A stretch of 63,135 nucleotides of DNA, counting the filler, from Reticulomyxa filosa (lineage: Eukaryota; Protista; Foraminifera): assembly GCA_000512085.1 (NCBI GenBank). It is 22 parts of 22 records of this genome, joined end to end, with 100 filler letters (N's around TTAATTAATTAA, not from the genome) between each part and the next. Parts side by side here need not be neighbours in the genome. Positions count along the whole stretch, not along the records: positions 26,032 to 27,167 come from ASPP01029008.1; positions 27,268 to 34,329 come from ASPP01003028.1; positions 34,430 to 35,809 come from ASPP01001498.1; positions 35,910 to 38,475 come from ASPP01027274.1; 18 more parts are not named here. The stretch is one strand, 5' to 3'. Positions 25,932-38,575 of the stretch are shown here, piece after piece. Below the pieces are notes generated by a model. It was given only the letters and a program-made list of their open reading frames with translations, made no database searches and was not told the origin of the DNA. Position 1 is the stretch's first letter. Each line of letters starts with the position of its first letter. Position numbers and translations under genes: made by a program.

Positions 25932-27453
25932 NNNNNNNNNNNNNNNNNNNNNNNNNNNNNNNNNNNNNNNNNNNNTTAATTAATTAANNNNNNNNNNNNN
26001 NNNNNNNNNNNNNNNNNNNNNNNNNNNNNNNGGATACATTATAGTTCCAATGTTTTGTCTTTGCTTTTTTTTTTTAAGAATGTAAGGAGGTACATACATA
26101 TAATATGTTTGTTGTTAATAGGTACCATTGTTGGAGTTTATGTTGTGTCAACCAGATAATATAACTCAATTAATTAGTGTATTGAAAAAGATTGGAACAA
26201 TACTATGAATAACATCAAGTTGGTTCAATTGTTGACACTGCTAAAATATTATTGGATCTGAAAAATGTGAATAAAGGAAAACCTGAAGAGAATAAAGAAA
26301 ATGAAGATGATGATAGTGATAGTGATAGTGATAGTGATAGTGATAGTGAAGCAAGTGCAAAACGATTACGAACAAATTGATATGTTCAACATATTCCATC
26401 TTTATTAACTGTATTCAATAAAATAATAAAAAAAAAAATTGTTGAACTGTTAGGTGAAAGCAACTATTTATTTATCATTGAATATATCTCAAATAAAATA
26501 ATTATTGTCAGTTATCGTCGATTTATTTGAAAACTTGGATGAAAGTATCAAAAAGAAGTTTGTTCAAGTTATATTGTGGGACGCTCTCAAAGGACAAGTC
26601 GAAAATTTAATTACATAGCAAAACGATTCTATTCAAATCAATCAAAAAGAAATTTTAATATACCAAATCGGAACATACTACTGATTTATCGTGCCAATGA
26701 CGCTTTCGACACAAGATAAAAATGAGAGAAAACGTCGATACTTGCTAGCAATTCATATCAACAACGTATTCGTGGCACTAACAAGGGAGACGACGAGTGG
26801 GTTATCATGAAAGAGCAATCTATTCAAAAATTGACAGATTAATAATTGATTCCCTGATTTATTAACAAAACATGTAAATGAAACATTAGAAATCTGGAGC
26901 CACAAAAATCCTAGAGGAAATCGATATTGTGGGATCACACATATTTATAATTTTAATAATTGCTTTTTATTGTAATGGCTTCATTTGATTGTCACTGGTA
27001 AGAAAAACAACGAAACAATATTTTCCTTGAAAAGCAAAAATAATTTCCAAATATGAAACTAATCTGTTTGTTTTTATTTCTCTGTTATAGACAAAAATGG
27101 ATGTTAACACAAGAATAAGAGGGTGCATTTTCTTTTCAAATCGGATCATTGTTGTTTTGTTGTTGTTNNNNNNNNNNNNNNNNNNNNNNNNNNNNNNNNN
27201 NNNNNNNNNNNTTAATTAATTAANNNNNNNNNNNNNNNNNNNNNNNNNNNNNNNNNNNNNNNNNNNNCAAGGACATTGAGTTTTTTGATGGTTTGAATGA
27301 AAACTTTCATTGTACTTGGGATCCTACAAAGGAAAATATGGATGATTTTTAGGCTATGTTTTTGTTTTACGGTACTTTTCAAAATTAAAGAGTATTAATC
27401 GTTGCAATTTAAACAAAATATTTATTCATTTTTGTGTCTAGTTTTTCAAATGA

Positions 27454-29553
27454 ATGTGGTCCCTTAGGACGAAGCCAATTCTTAGTGTAAATCCATTCCT
27501 GAGATTTCAACATTGTTCAAGATATTACTCTCATCTCATGGCCACTAAAGTTCTTGAATATGGTACAGAAATCCAGGTTAGAACTTGTCGCTAGTTGTTT
27601 GAGAACTGCTTACACAGAACAAGATCTAATAAACAAATGAACGTAACATTGTTGTGAATGTTGGCTTTGGATAGACCGTTCCAAAGGTATTAGCTTGTCA
27701 ACGAAACCCATTTCTGCAAGAATTTTCGACGATGGTTGTATCATGCAAGTCATGGACTCAATCTGACGGTTTGTTATGTTACAAAAAAAAATGTAAAAAC
27801 TAATTGACATAAAATTACGCACATGAAAAAAAGAAAAAAGAGCAGGCGCAGATTCCAAAAAAGCGAACAAAAAAAAAGATTCGAAAAGTGAAGCCTTTTA
27901 TGAAATTCAATTCGAAGACACCATGTTTTGTCCCTTTTTTTTGAAAATAATGACACACAAACTTTTTTTTTGTTTTTAAAAAAAAAAAAGATTGTTCCCA
28001 GAAGGTGGTGGTCAACCGACTGACTTTGGTATTGAATTATATGACTGCATATAATTTGAAAAAGAGGATATCATATTATATGAATATATATGTTGAATGT
28101 GAATAAAAGGAACGGTGAATGGAACAGCAGTGACACAAGTGAGTCGAACAGACAAAGGTGAAGTATTACATAAGACAAGCAAGCCTTTGGAAGTGGGAGA
28201 CAGTGTGAAAATAACAGTGGATTGGAGTCGTCGATGGGATCACATGCAACAACATAGTGGACAACATTTGATAAGTGCTGTCGCAAAAGAGTTATTTCAT
28301 GCTCCGACGATGAGTTGGTGGCTATCTGCCGTTTAGTTTATATGTATTTATGTTCATAACAAGAAGAGCTGTCAATATTATCTATCGTTTGTCATGTGTT
28401 GTTGTGTTATGTGAGACAGTATCCCAAACCATCGATGATTGACTTGTCGATAAAAGAGCTAAGCAATGAGCAAGTCCAACAATTGGAACAACGAGTGAAT
28501 GAAATCATTCGAGAAGGTCGTGAAATGGCGGTTCACATCTTTCACGATGAAAAGTCCATTGAAGTTTTGTTTATTTGTCAATTAATCAAAGATTAGACAT
28601 TCGAATATGTTACATTATATACATATATATATATATAATAGGACTTTGCATCACAACATAGCACATTTCGACAGAAGCCATTGCCAGCAGGAACTGGGCC
28701 ATTGCGTGTGATTGAGATCGAAGGGGTTGAATACAACACTTGTTGTGGAACTCACTTGACAAATACTCGACAAATGCAAATGGTTAAAATTTGTTCGAGC
28801 AATTCAAATAACGACAATGGGATCACTCAGATTTCATTTTTATCTGGTCAGCGCATCCTCGAAAATGTTCAACGAATGCTTGACAATGAAAAACAAATCA
28901 CTTCTTTGTTGACATGTGCATCAGATGAATTTGTCTCAAACATTACTAAATTACAAACTGAATCAGTTATATTTTTATTCGATATCATCACAAATCAAAC
29001 TTTTCTTTTGTTTCATTTGATCATGACAGCGCAAGAAAACTGCAGATTTGAGGGCTGCTGAAAAACGATTGACCGAATTGGAAACTGAAAGAATCGTCAA
29101 ACTATTGCAATTATCTCCTGTATGTTATTTTTATTTTTATTGTATATTTACTGTTTGTTTAATTCACAAAAATAATAATACAAGATTTTTCATGAACACT
29201 CGGAACGTAGTTCAATGCAATCAGTGCAACAAATTGCAGATGGTATAATGGCAGAATGGCCAGAAGATAAGAAAGTGGTGTTGCTATTCACAATTGGACA
29301 ATCAAAAAATCAAGGACAATTCGTATTGGTATGTAATGATAAACAGGTTTTTAAAACTCACAAAAAAGATTTATTGGCTGTAATTGATGGTCGTGGAGGA
29401 GGAACTGATCAAAGATTACAAGGCAATGCAAATAATTTGAAAGATTCCAACAAATTACTCAAAATCATTGCTGATTTATTGGGCATTACTTATCAATGTA
29501 AAAATACAGTAAGCGATGAAAATGAAAATGAAAAAAAAGAAACTGAAACATAA
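27454..29553 (+). CDS. AARSD1: Alanyl-tRNA editing protein (AlaX/AARSD1), multi-exon
   Basis: Motifs LACQRNPFLQEFSTMVVSC, LFPEGGGQPTDFG, VDWSRRWDHMQQHSGQHLISA (HxxxH), LRVIEIEGVEYNTCCGTHL (CxGxH) and C-terminal GRGGG are spread over GT-AG-bounded exons. Confidence 0.92.
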
Positions 29554-30277
29554 TCGAGTTTAATTTTACATCCCTTGCTTGTCTTCAAAAAGACTATTCA
29601 ATGCGTTTCGTATTACTCCAATTCTGGGGAAAGTAAGGTGGCCAGAAAGATACAAGTTAACAAAATACGAAAGAAAGAAAATAGTCTTCTATCGAAAGTA
29701 TTGAGGACAAGGGGGAAAGAAAACAAACATAATTTTTTTAATTTCAATCGCAAACATCCTTTGATCAAACTTGTTTGTAATTCTAAGCTTCTTCAGATCT
29801 TGTAAGTTTTTTTTGTCAATTGATTGAAGCGAATCATTTCAATTGGATCAGTTGTTATTTTGAGCACTCTTTTTAATGGAAAACTTACTTCAAAAAATGA
29901 GCAAGTATCAATCGACAAATTTGAAGAAAAGTATGTTTTTTGTTGAGTTGAAATAACAGGATCCCGAGAAAGATGTATGCAACATATGTTGTGAAGATGG
30001 CCTTTCAGAACAAAAATGAGTCATTCGTTTACAAAGTAAAAAAATAAAAGTTAAGAGAAAAACATTGAATTAAAGATAAATCAAAGTAATTCAAACAATG
30101 CCAATAGTTGTGCGTCTTGTGTTGGCTCCTTTTCTTAGCCTATTCTGCAAGATCTGAATCAAAATGAGCGTTAATGTTGACATTCTTTTATTTGGTTTAT
30201 CTTGTTTGCCTTGTCCTATTGTTTAATGGTTGAAAATAATAAAATAATAAAATATAAAAAAAATGAACGGTATTTAG

Positions 30278-31936
30278 TTGGAAATAGTGCCCGAGCAAGA
30301 TTCAAGAGAGTATGAAAAAGATATAAACAGAATCGAAATAACAACAGAACCAGCAAAGGGAAATGAGAGTTGTCCAAAGCTGGAATCGCTTCAAAGTGAA
30401 ATGGATAAAGAATTGATGGCAGAATTGGAAAAACAGAAATATCAAAACCACTTGGGGGTAGAAATGGACTCAAGACCTCTCAGTCACTCCAAGCACCGCA
30501 GCCCTCCTCTGTGTGTGAAATCAGTGACACAACTAAACAAGAGATTCCAAGAAAACAAAGCAGGAAAGACTTACGACGACATCGTACCCATTCGTTTGCA
30601 ATCAGTTCCAAATTTACAGTAGATAATAGTTTTCATTGTGTGTGTGTGTGTGTGTGATTGTCTATTTGTAAATGATGAAAAACGTGTAAGCAATGTGCAA
30701 CATATGCAAATAGAAAAAGAAAGAAAGAAAGAAAGAAGTCGAGAGACAAACACAAATTGAAAAATGGCGAACAAATAATAGTCGCGTGAGTGGCGTGAAG
30801 CGAATCGTTGGGATGTTTGAGCGCTGGAATCGTACCGAACATCATTCTGAAAATGAACACGAGCATAGTAATGAAATCCGAGTTGGCCATGACACGGAAC
30901 ATGAAAATGATAACGACAATGAACATGAAAATAACAATAACAATAACAATAATAATGAAAATGAAAATGAACATGAACATGAGAATGAGGACGAAAATGA
31001 GAATGAGAATGAGAATGAGAATGAGATTGGACTTGGAGATAGAGATGGAAATGGGTCCAAAACAGATCACGAATTTACATTGTTTGGAACACGTCACAAA
31101 AAAGCAAAACGAAATGCAAACCAATCGAAAAAAAGTAAAATCAAAAAAGTGTTTCAAAGAACTCAAACCGAAGATAGTCACTATTCTAAGAAAGGCACTC
31201 TCATTCATCCTTCCAAAACTAATTCAAAAACAAAACTACCTTCTGTTTCGTTTTTTTCTTTTTTTTTGTACGTTTTTTTTTAATCTTGATTTTACTTTTT
31301 TTTTTTTTTAAAAAAAAAAAAAAATGAATGGAAAGGACAACACAAATGCATGGACTCCAAGCATTTTAACGAGTTATGTTGAATGAACCAAAAACAAAGT
31401 AACGAAAGATTGGAAGACATTTGTGTGATGTTTTGTATGTTGACGACAATAGTAATAAAAGACCCCGAGTTGCACGAGACCTTGTATAAGTACATGAAAC
31501 GTACGTATTGCGAAGAGAACTTGGAGTTCATTCAAGGTTTGTCTTTCTTCTCTTGATGAAAACAGTGTTTTGACAAGGGAGTCTTTTGTAAAAGATGTTC
31601 GGCACGTTCGAAAGAAGATAAAGAAATTCGAACAAAAGAAACAGCGTGTTCAATCGGACGCTAAAAGCATGGTCGAAAAACAGCCCCCGATGTCGGACAT
31701 TAGTAATGACGGCGATGTGCCCACAATATCTCCGCCTCTCGGCATTATCTCCTCCGAAACAGAAAGGGCCGAAACACCAGATTGTGGCCATCCTTTTGAC
31801 GGTAGTCTGTACTTTGTATTTGCGTTTGTGTTATGTTTGTCTGTGCAAGCAATACAAAGTACAGAGTGCATAAATGAAATGAACAGATGAAAAGAAAAAA
31901 GAGTCGAAAACATTGAAGTCAGTGAAATGGAATAAC

Positions 31937-32022
<86 letters not shown>

Positions 32023-33705
32023 CAATGGTAATGATAATAATAAGAATAAAGAAGAGGCGGGCACAAGATTGACGGTAACATTGACGCTGGATGCACCAGA
32101 GGAGGAAACACCCGAAAAGGAAGTGGAAGAGCCATTGCAAGGCATAGACGCGATTACATCAAAGGACGCTGGCACACCAGTGCTTCGCGCCATAACTCCG
32201 ACACACGCGTCGCAGCCTTCGCTATTGGAACTATTGGCCGGTGCGACTGACATTCACGCCAGTTATATCAAAGTGTCGTCCAGCGGACAAAGGAATAACT
32301 CTTTATTTCAAGATTCCAACAAAGTGGCATCATCTTCTCTATCCTCTCTGCTTCACTCTTCTTCTGCATTTGACTACGACGGACAAAAGTCTCCTCGTCC
32401 CAATTATATCCGTCCCAAATGGGAGAGTCGCTCTGCCAACTCCGTGTCCACTCCTTTTGAGGATGATTCCAACGCTGATCCAGACACCATCGCCGAGAGG
32501 GAAATCGAAAAGGAAATTTGGGGCTTATATGATCGCTATATTCACACCAAGGGATCCAAACAGGTATTTTTATTATTATTGTATTTTGTATGTTGTTTTT
32601 TAAAAATTTTTTTTGTGAAAGGTCAATGTCGGATATGAAGTCGCGCGAAATGTCCGCTTTTGCGTACATAATCTAAATTCATTGCCAACAAAAGTGCACG
32701 TCTTTGATAAAGCCGTGGAACAAATATTGAGACTGATTCGGTCGTCGATACTAACAGGTTTTTATGACTCGATCGAATTCCTGGCGTTATCGAAACGCAG
32801 AGAAAGACAGCAAAGACCGTCTTTGACAGACGTGCTTCCTTCTCATGATGAACATAAAAAGAAAAAAAAGTCATCGCAAAGATTACAACATTCCACACAA
32901 CTCAGTGCTGTTCATGATGAACCCAGAAGAATGGACGACTTGTCACCTTTGCAAACATCCAAATCAGAAGACGTAACAGACCCGTCATCCGTGCGTACGT
33001 TTTCGTTGGCCGATTTGTTGTTTCAATCTTCTGACGAGGAAAACAGTGACTCCCCACCCATTCCCGATCGTGTCACTGTTCTTACTCATAATCCCAGATC
33101 TGGTTTGTTCTTTTTCTTTTAATTCGTTCTTTACTAAGAAAAACAAGAACAATGTGGCTGTGATGAATGAATGATGGACAGAGGGATATCAGTGGCAATC
33201 ACCGATGCGCTCTTCTCCGATTGAGATATTATCTCCATCCGATTTGATTGGTCGTAATAAGACTGACATTTCCGAGTTAAAAACCAACGAAAATGATGGC
33301 AACGAAGAATACAAAGGAAAACGGTATGCGACCGTTGGAATTGGATTGAATAATGGTGCACAATTGGATCAAGTCAATGATACTGACAACGACCATGATC
33401 AAGATCATAATCAGGATCAAGATGACGATGAAGAGGACAGTCCAAATGAAGCAAGACATGCATGTTCTTCTTCGTCGGATGACAGTGATGATAATATCAT
33501 TTTCAGAAACAAAATGCAAACAAGAAAACACTCAAAAACTAGACCAAAAATGAAACATAAACAACCAAAAAAACCAAAGACAACCACTGCAATAAATGAT
33601 AACAATTTGCATCAGCCCTCTTTAACTGCTACAAGGCTTCCTTTTCAATTGTTTCATTTGGGGGCATTCGAAAAGAAAAAGGTCAAACCAAAGAAACAAG
33701 AATAA
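30278..33705 (+). CDS. RGS (regulator of G-protein signalling) domain protein with long low-complexity regions
   Basis: 'IKDPELHETLYKYMKRTYCEENLEFIQ' (~31453-31536) and 'IWGLYDRYIHTKGSKQ|VNV...VFDKAVEQILRLIRSSILTGFYDS' (~32500-32780) are the two halves of an RGS box. The start and some exon phases are uncertain. Confidence 0.7.
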
Positions 33706-34429
33706 TAATCCCTCTCTCCTGTTCCAATTACATTACATATTTTAGTAAACCCATCCAAACCAAGTATTCTGTTTCCATTTCAATTAACATTTTTGTGTAT
33801 ATTTTTCCTTTTTTATTTTGCTTTTTTTGATGTAAAGTTGTTTTTCTTCACAATGTTTTTTCTCTGCTTGAAAAGCTTTCTTGTCTTGGTTAATTACACC
33901 GTCCTTTTGGGGATTTTAAGACATGTTGGTTGAGCGTTTTTTTCCATCAAATTGTTTCAAGTATTAAAACAAGTAATTGACAAGTTTAAAAGTTCACACA
34001 ACACTGAAGCTTGTGTCTTTATTGCAATTGTAAGATTTGGAATATTTTGCATATGTTTCAAAATTATTTTTCAAATAAATATTTTTCGCATTACAGCACA
34101 AAAAACCAAAACATTATGCACGCCTCTTTATCAATCGGGAATCATAAAGAAAAATATTTTGTTTGTCATAATAGATGATGACAAAAAATACTGTTGTAAA
34201 CAATTAAAATATGGATCACATTAATAGAATAAACACAAAAAATGCACAAGAATGATACCCAGAAAGCAGCTCTTCTGAGTGATGCAATTTTTCGTCAGTT
34301 ATGTACGATTATTTTAAACATCTTTGGCANNNNNNNNNNNNNNNNNNNNNNNNNNNNNNNNNNNNNNNNNNNNTTAATTAATTAANNNNNNNNNNNNNNN
34401 NNNNNNNNNNNNNNNNNNNNNNNNNNNNN

Positions 34430-34790
34430 CATAAGAAACTTGACGATTTGTTGGTGCTGTGCGTTGATTGTGCTAACATCACAAATCTATACTTGGGTTG
34501 GAAAATTGCCGATTTTTTGGGTTGCAACATTGTGCAAGGAAATAAAACCGAATTGAAAGATTGGAAACTCCCTTTTCCCAGAAAAAACGTGTCACCGAAA
34601 AATGGACCCATTTCTCAAGCCCATTCTATCACCAACCGATCGTTGATTGATTGGAAACAATTTTTTTCATGAAGAAAGGTATATGTGGCCTTATGTTGTC
34701 AAAAATATTACCAACAAGATGCTGTCTTTACGAATGGTTTATAAAGGACCCAATTTTACACAAGAATGGGCTAAAAAAAATAAAAAATTC
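34430..34790 (+). CDS. C-terminal fragment of a possible sulfotransferase-family (P-loop) protein
   Basis: 'LLVLCVD...LGWKIADFLGC...LPFPRKN' resembles the 'LLv.dv.eGWepLcaFLG...pFPrvN' tail of Sulfotransfer_4-type proteins. The frame shifts in a T-run near 34665. Confidence 0.45.
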
Positions 34791-35179
34791 TTTTTTTTTT
34801 TTTTCTTCTTTTTATATGTATGTCATATCAAGTTAACATTGTATCATCAGTCTGCGATTGCACCTTTTTTGTTGAGTAGGTATTTCTTTTGTTTCTTCCT
34901 TTCAAGTGAATAAAAAAACGCAATCGCTTGATTTGACGGCTTTCAAGGTGCATGGTTTATACTCATCTTGCTCGTTTTTGTCACAGCAGGAATCGCAAAA
35001 TTTCGCCCGAATACTTGTTTACTCTCTTTGTCGTTTGTGAAAAAGAATTAATATACCTTCGCTTTTAAAAGATTGTGATTGAGTGTAACTGCTAATAGCA
35101 CAGGCTTAAATGTAATACGAAAGTATTTCCTTCCATTTAATAAATTATAACGCATAATGCTTTCCTTTTTTTTAATATT

Positions 35180-35450
35180 AGCAATTTAATGCACAGTATC
35201 TTATCATCGCATTTAATCGCGAACAATTCTTTATTATTTGATCGAATATCCAAACGAACACTTTAATCTATTGGTCCAAATAATATTACAATCTTTCTTA
35301 ATTAATTTGATGCATATTTTACAATATTTACTGTGTCATAATGTTTGTCGAATTTAAAGTCTTTTGTTTTATCAATGTCATATATACAAATGATTCTATT
35401 AAATGATCCAGAGCAAACACACTAATATTATTGCTTTTATTATTGTCATT
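35180..35450 (-). pseudogene. Degenerate WD40 relic
   Basis: The minus strand reads VCSGSFNRIICIYDID...HYDTVNIVKYASN*...D*SVRLDIRSN, with stops. Confidence 0.55.
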
Positions 35451-36002
35451 GTGAGATAATTCTTTCATATTCTCTTGATATATATATATATATTAGCACT
35501 TGTATTTGCGTCTATATATATTTTATTTTCATCTTCTGAAATAATATAATAGTATTGTCCAAACATTGTATAGAAGATCGTGATTGAAGATAAAGACGAA
35601 TGAGAAAAAATAAAATACTCAATGAAGAGTATGTTATATTCAACAGTTTTTAAATTAATGCTTCTTTGACTGAAATTATTTAATTTCTTTACTTTTCTTT
35701 TTGCAGTTTGTCAGATATTCGTGGAACGAAAGAAGAATTTGTTGCTCAAAGTTGATTTATTCAATAACGTAGAAATTACTGTTGTGGAAGGGGGAAGGTC
35801 AAGCCCTGANNNNNNNNNNNNNNNNNNNNNNNNNNNNNNNNNNNNNNNNNNNNTTAATTAATTAANNNNNNNNNNNNNNNNNNNNNNNNNNNNNNNNNNN
35901 NNNNNNNNNGTTTCTGTTGAAATACACAAATACTGTAATAAATTCAATTGATCATTTATTAATATGTTATCATTAAGTGTATTGAATTGTGTATGAATTA
36001 TC

Positions 36003-37591
36003 TTAATTTGATCCATATTTTATACTGTATACATGACTACTTTCATGTCCTTTAAGTATATTTAATACCTTGGCTGTTTCTATATCACATACGTAAATAG
36101 ATGCCCATGATCCAGAACAAATGGTATATCCATTACCACCAATCACACCAATACTATTACTTTTATTTTCATTGTTGTTATTACTTTGCAATGGTGAAAT
36201 ATCCATACACCGAGCACTACTCGTGCTGAAAACATGTAATCGTTTGGATGTTTCAATATCCCATAAACAAATATTACAGTCCCATGATGCAGAACACAAA
36301 TATCGACCACCATTAAATGGTGAAAAATTCAATGCCACAAACCCAAAAAGTATGTCCATTGAATACTTGCAATTGCCTATTATCTTCGATATCCCAAAAT
36401 CGAATTGTTTTGTCACCTGACGAAGAACAAATGACTTTACGATTATTATTATAATAATGATATGGTGAAAATTTCACACAATACACATCATCTGAATGTC
36501 CATCGAACGATCGAATTTGTTTGTTGTTTTCAACATCCCATACGCGAACTGTTTTATCAACTGATCCAGAACAAATGAATGGACGTCCATCAAATATTGA
36601 ATAATCAATACTGTTCACGAAATGTGTATGTCCAGTGAATGTCCTAAGTAATTTAGATGAAAGAAACAAATTAAATGTGATAGCTGAAGATGCAGTAGAA
36701 GATTGATACATTTCGTTGTTTTTTCTTCTTTTTGTTGAGATTTTAATTTTTGAAGCAATTGTTCGCAATCTTGAGTTAATTTGGCGTTTTTTTCTTCCAA
36801 TGATTTGACAATTTTTTCATGATTAGATAAAACTTTTTTTTCTTTATCATTGAAATCTTTTTTGATCATTTCAATATCCGCACGATATTTGAGCAATTCT
36901 TGTTGGCTATCTCTTTCCATTTGTTTGATTCGATTATCTTTTTCAATAATTTGTCTGTCTTTCAATTGTATTTCTTGTTCCATAGATTGGAATAATTTAG
37001 TAACCAAATCAAAATGTAATTTCATATTTGTAATCAAATGATCGTTTAAATTCGCCTGAAGCATGAATGATTGCAACCAAATGGTTTAAACCAACAATTA
37101 ATTAAGTTCAAAGGGCATTCATTGGCTAAATGAGTATCTAAATCTTTTAATTTTCCTTTAAAATCACATTTAATTACTCCATGTATTTCTCTTTCTCTTT
37201 CAGTTTCATGTAGTTTCTTCAATTCTTGTTCAAATTGTTTTATGCAAATCACTGTTAATTCGTCAATGTATTTTCGCACAGCATTGCTTTTCGAATATTG
37301 ACAATTGTCATGTGGTTGAATTGGACAAGAATTGTTGTGTTTTTCAAGGAATAGTTTTAAACAATGCTCTCCAGTAATTAATGCTTCATCCATATTTACG
37401 TGTTGTGGACAGTCTATGTCCACATGATTGTTTACAATTTGTTTACAAATTAAACAAATAAAATGTTTAATGTATTTTTGTTCATTGGTTAGTAAAATCC
37501 AATCTTTGCTAAAGCAGGGTTGCTCAAGTGAAAGCGAAGTTACTTCATTTTTTATTTCATCTTTTGATTTTTCTTCATTTACTTGCTTCAT
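36003..37591 (-). pseudogene. RING/TRAF-type zinc finger - coiled coil - WD40 gene, frameshifted and 3'-truncated
   Basis: Four overlapping ORFs in shifting frames: 'FICLICKQIVNN..CPQH...CPIQPHDNC', 'CDFKGKLKDLDTHLANECPL...CWFKPFGC', a coiled coil, then WD40 repeats 'FTGHTHFVNSID...TVRVWD'. At least 3 frameshifts; ends mid-repeat at KYGSN*. Some shifts may be sequencing errors. Confidence 0.8.
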
Positions 37592-38176
37592 TATCTCCGT
37601 TCTCTGCTAGGTTTTTTTTGTTTTATTAATGAAACTTAAAAAAAAAAGTTTTTTGAGTTGAGTTTCTGTCCAAAAAAAACCTTTTTTACAAAAACGGAGA
37701 CAAATTTGTTTTAAAAATTTACGTACAAATATGGATGAAATCATTATCTTTTTAAAAAATTTTGTTTTGATCAACGAATATTCTGCTCTGTCCAACATCA
37801 AAATTAAAAAAAGTCTATAGCAATGAGAGTTTGAATGCTGTCCTGTTGACATCTGAGTAATAAAACGTGTGCAATTTTCCACTATTCAAATATTTATTAT
37901 CCTTTATGTCTACTGCGTCGATTTTAATGGAATGTCAAATCTTTGATATAGTTGTTGGATGGCCATTCAATGGTCATTTGTTGCATTGCCCATCCTTCGC
38001 TTTTGCTAAACAATTCTCAAATTTTCTTCTTTCGTGTTGTTGATACCATCTTTTGAAATTTAAAATTTTTCTTCAGGAAATTTCATCTAGGTTTTTTTAA
38101 AAAAATAATTGAAATTATAGATTGTGAAAAGATAATTCATTCAACACTCTACAAATAATAAAATAAAAAAAATCAA

Positions 38177-38475
38177 ATGACAAGCCTTGTGGATGAGATG
38201 ATAGAGAAAGAAGAGAAGGAGGAGACACTGGGACTGCCTTCGACAGAGGACGTAACAAACATGGCAGCGCAGCAACAAAAGAGGTCTAAAGGCATAAAAA
38301 ACCGAGCACTGATCGGGACATTTGAGTCGCGAATGCCTTTCACTTTTCGTTTAAGAACGGAAGTGACCCACTGTCAATAGCACTTTGGCCGTTATTCGAG
38401 TATCCAAAAATGCCATTAATTTGCATCATACCGCCAAAACTTGGTTTAAAAAAAAATTTCATATTCCATTTCCAC
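38177..38475 (+). CDS. 5' fragment of unknown protein
   Basis: An ATG after an A-rich leader opens a 67-aa ORF with coding-like composition. Coding-like sequence continues in another frame to the contig end. Confidence 0.3.
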
Positions 38476-38575
38476 NNNNNNNNNNNNNNNNNNNNNNNNN
38501 NNNNNNNNNNNNNNNNNNNTTAATTAATTAANNNNNNNNNNNNNNNNNNNNNNNNNNNNNNNNNNNNNNNNNNNN

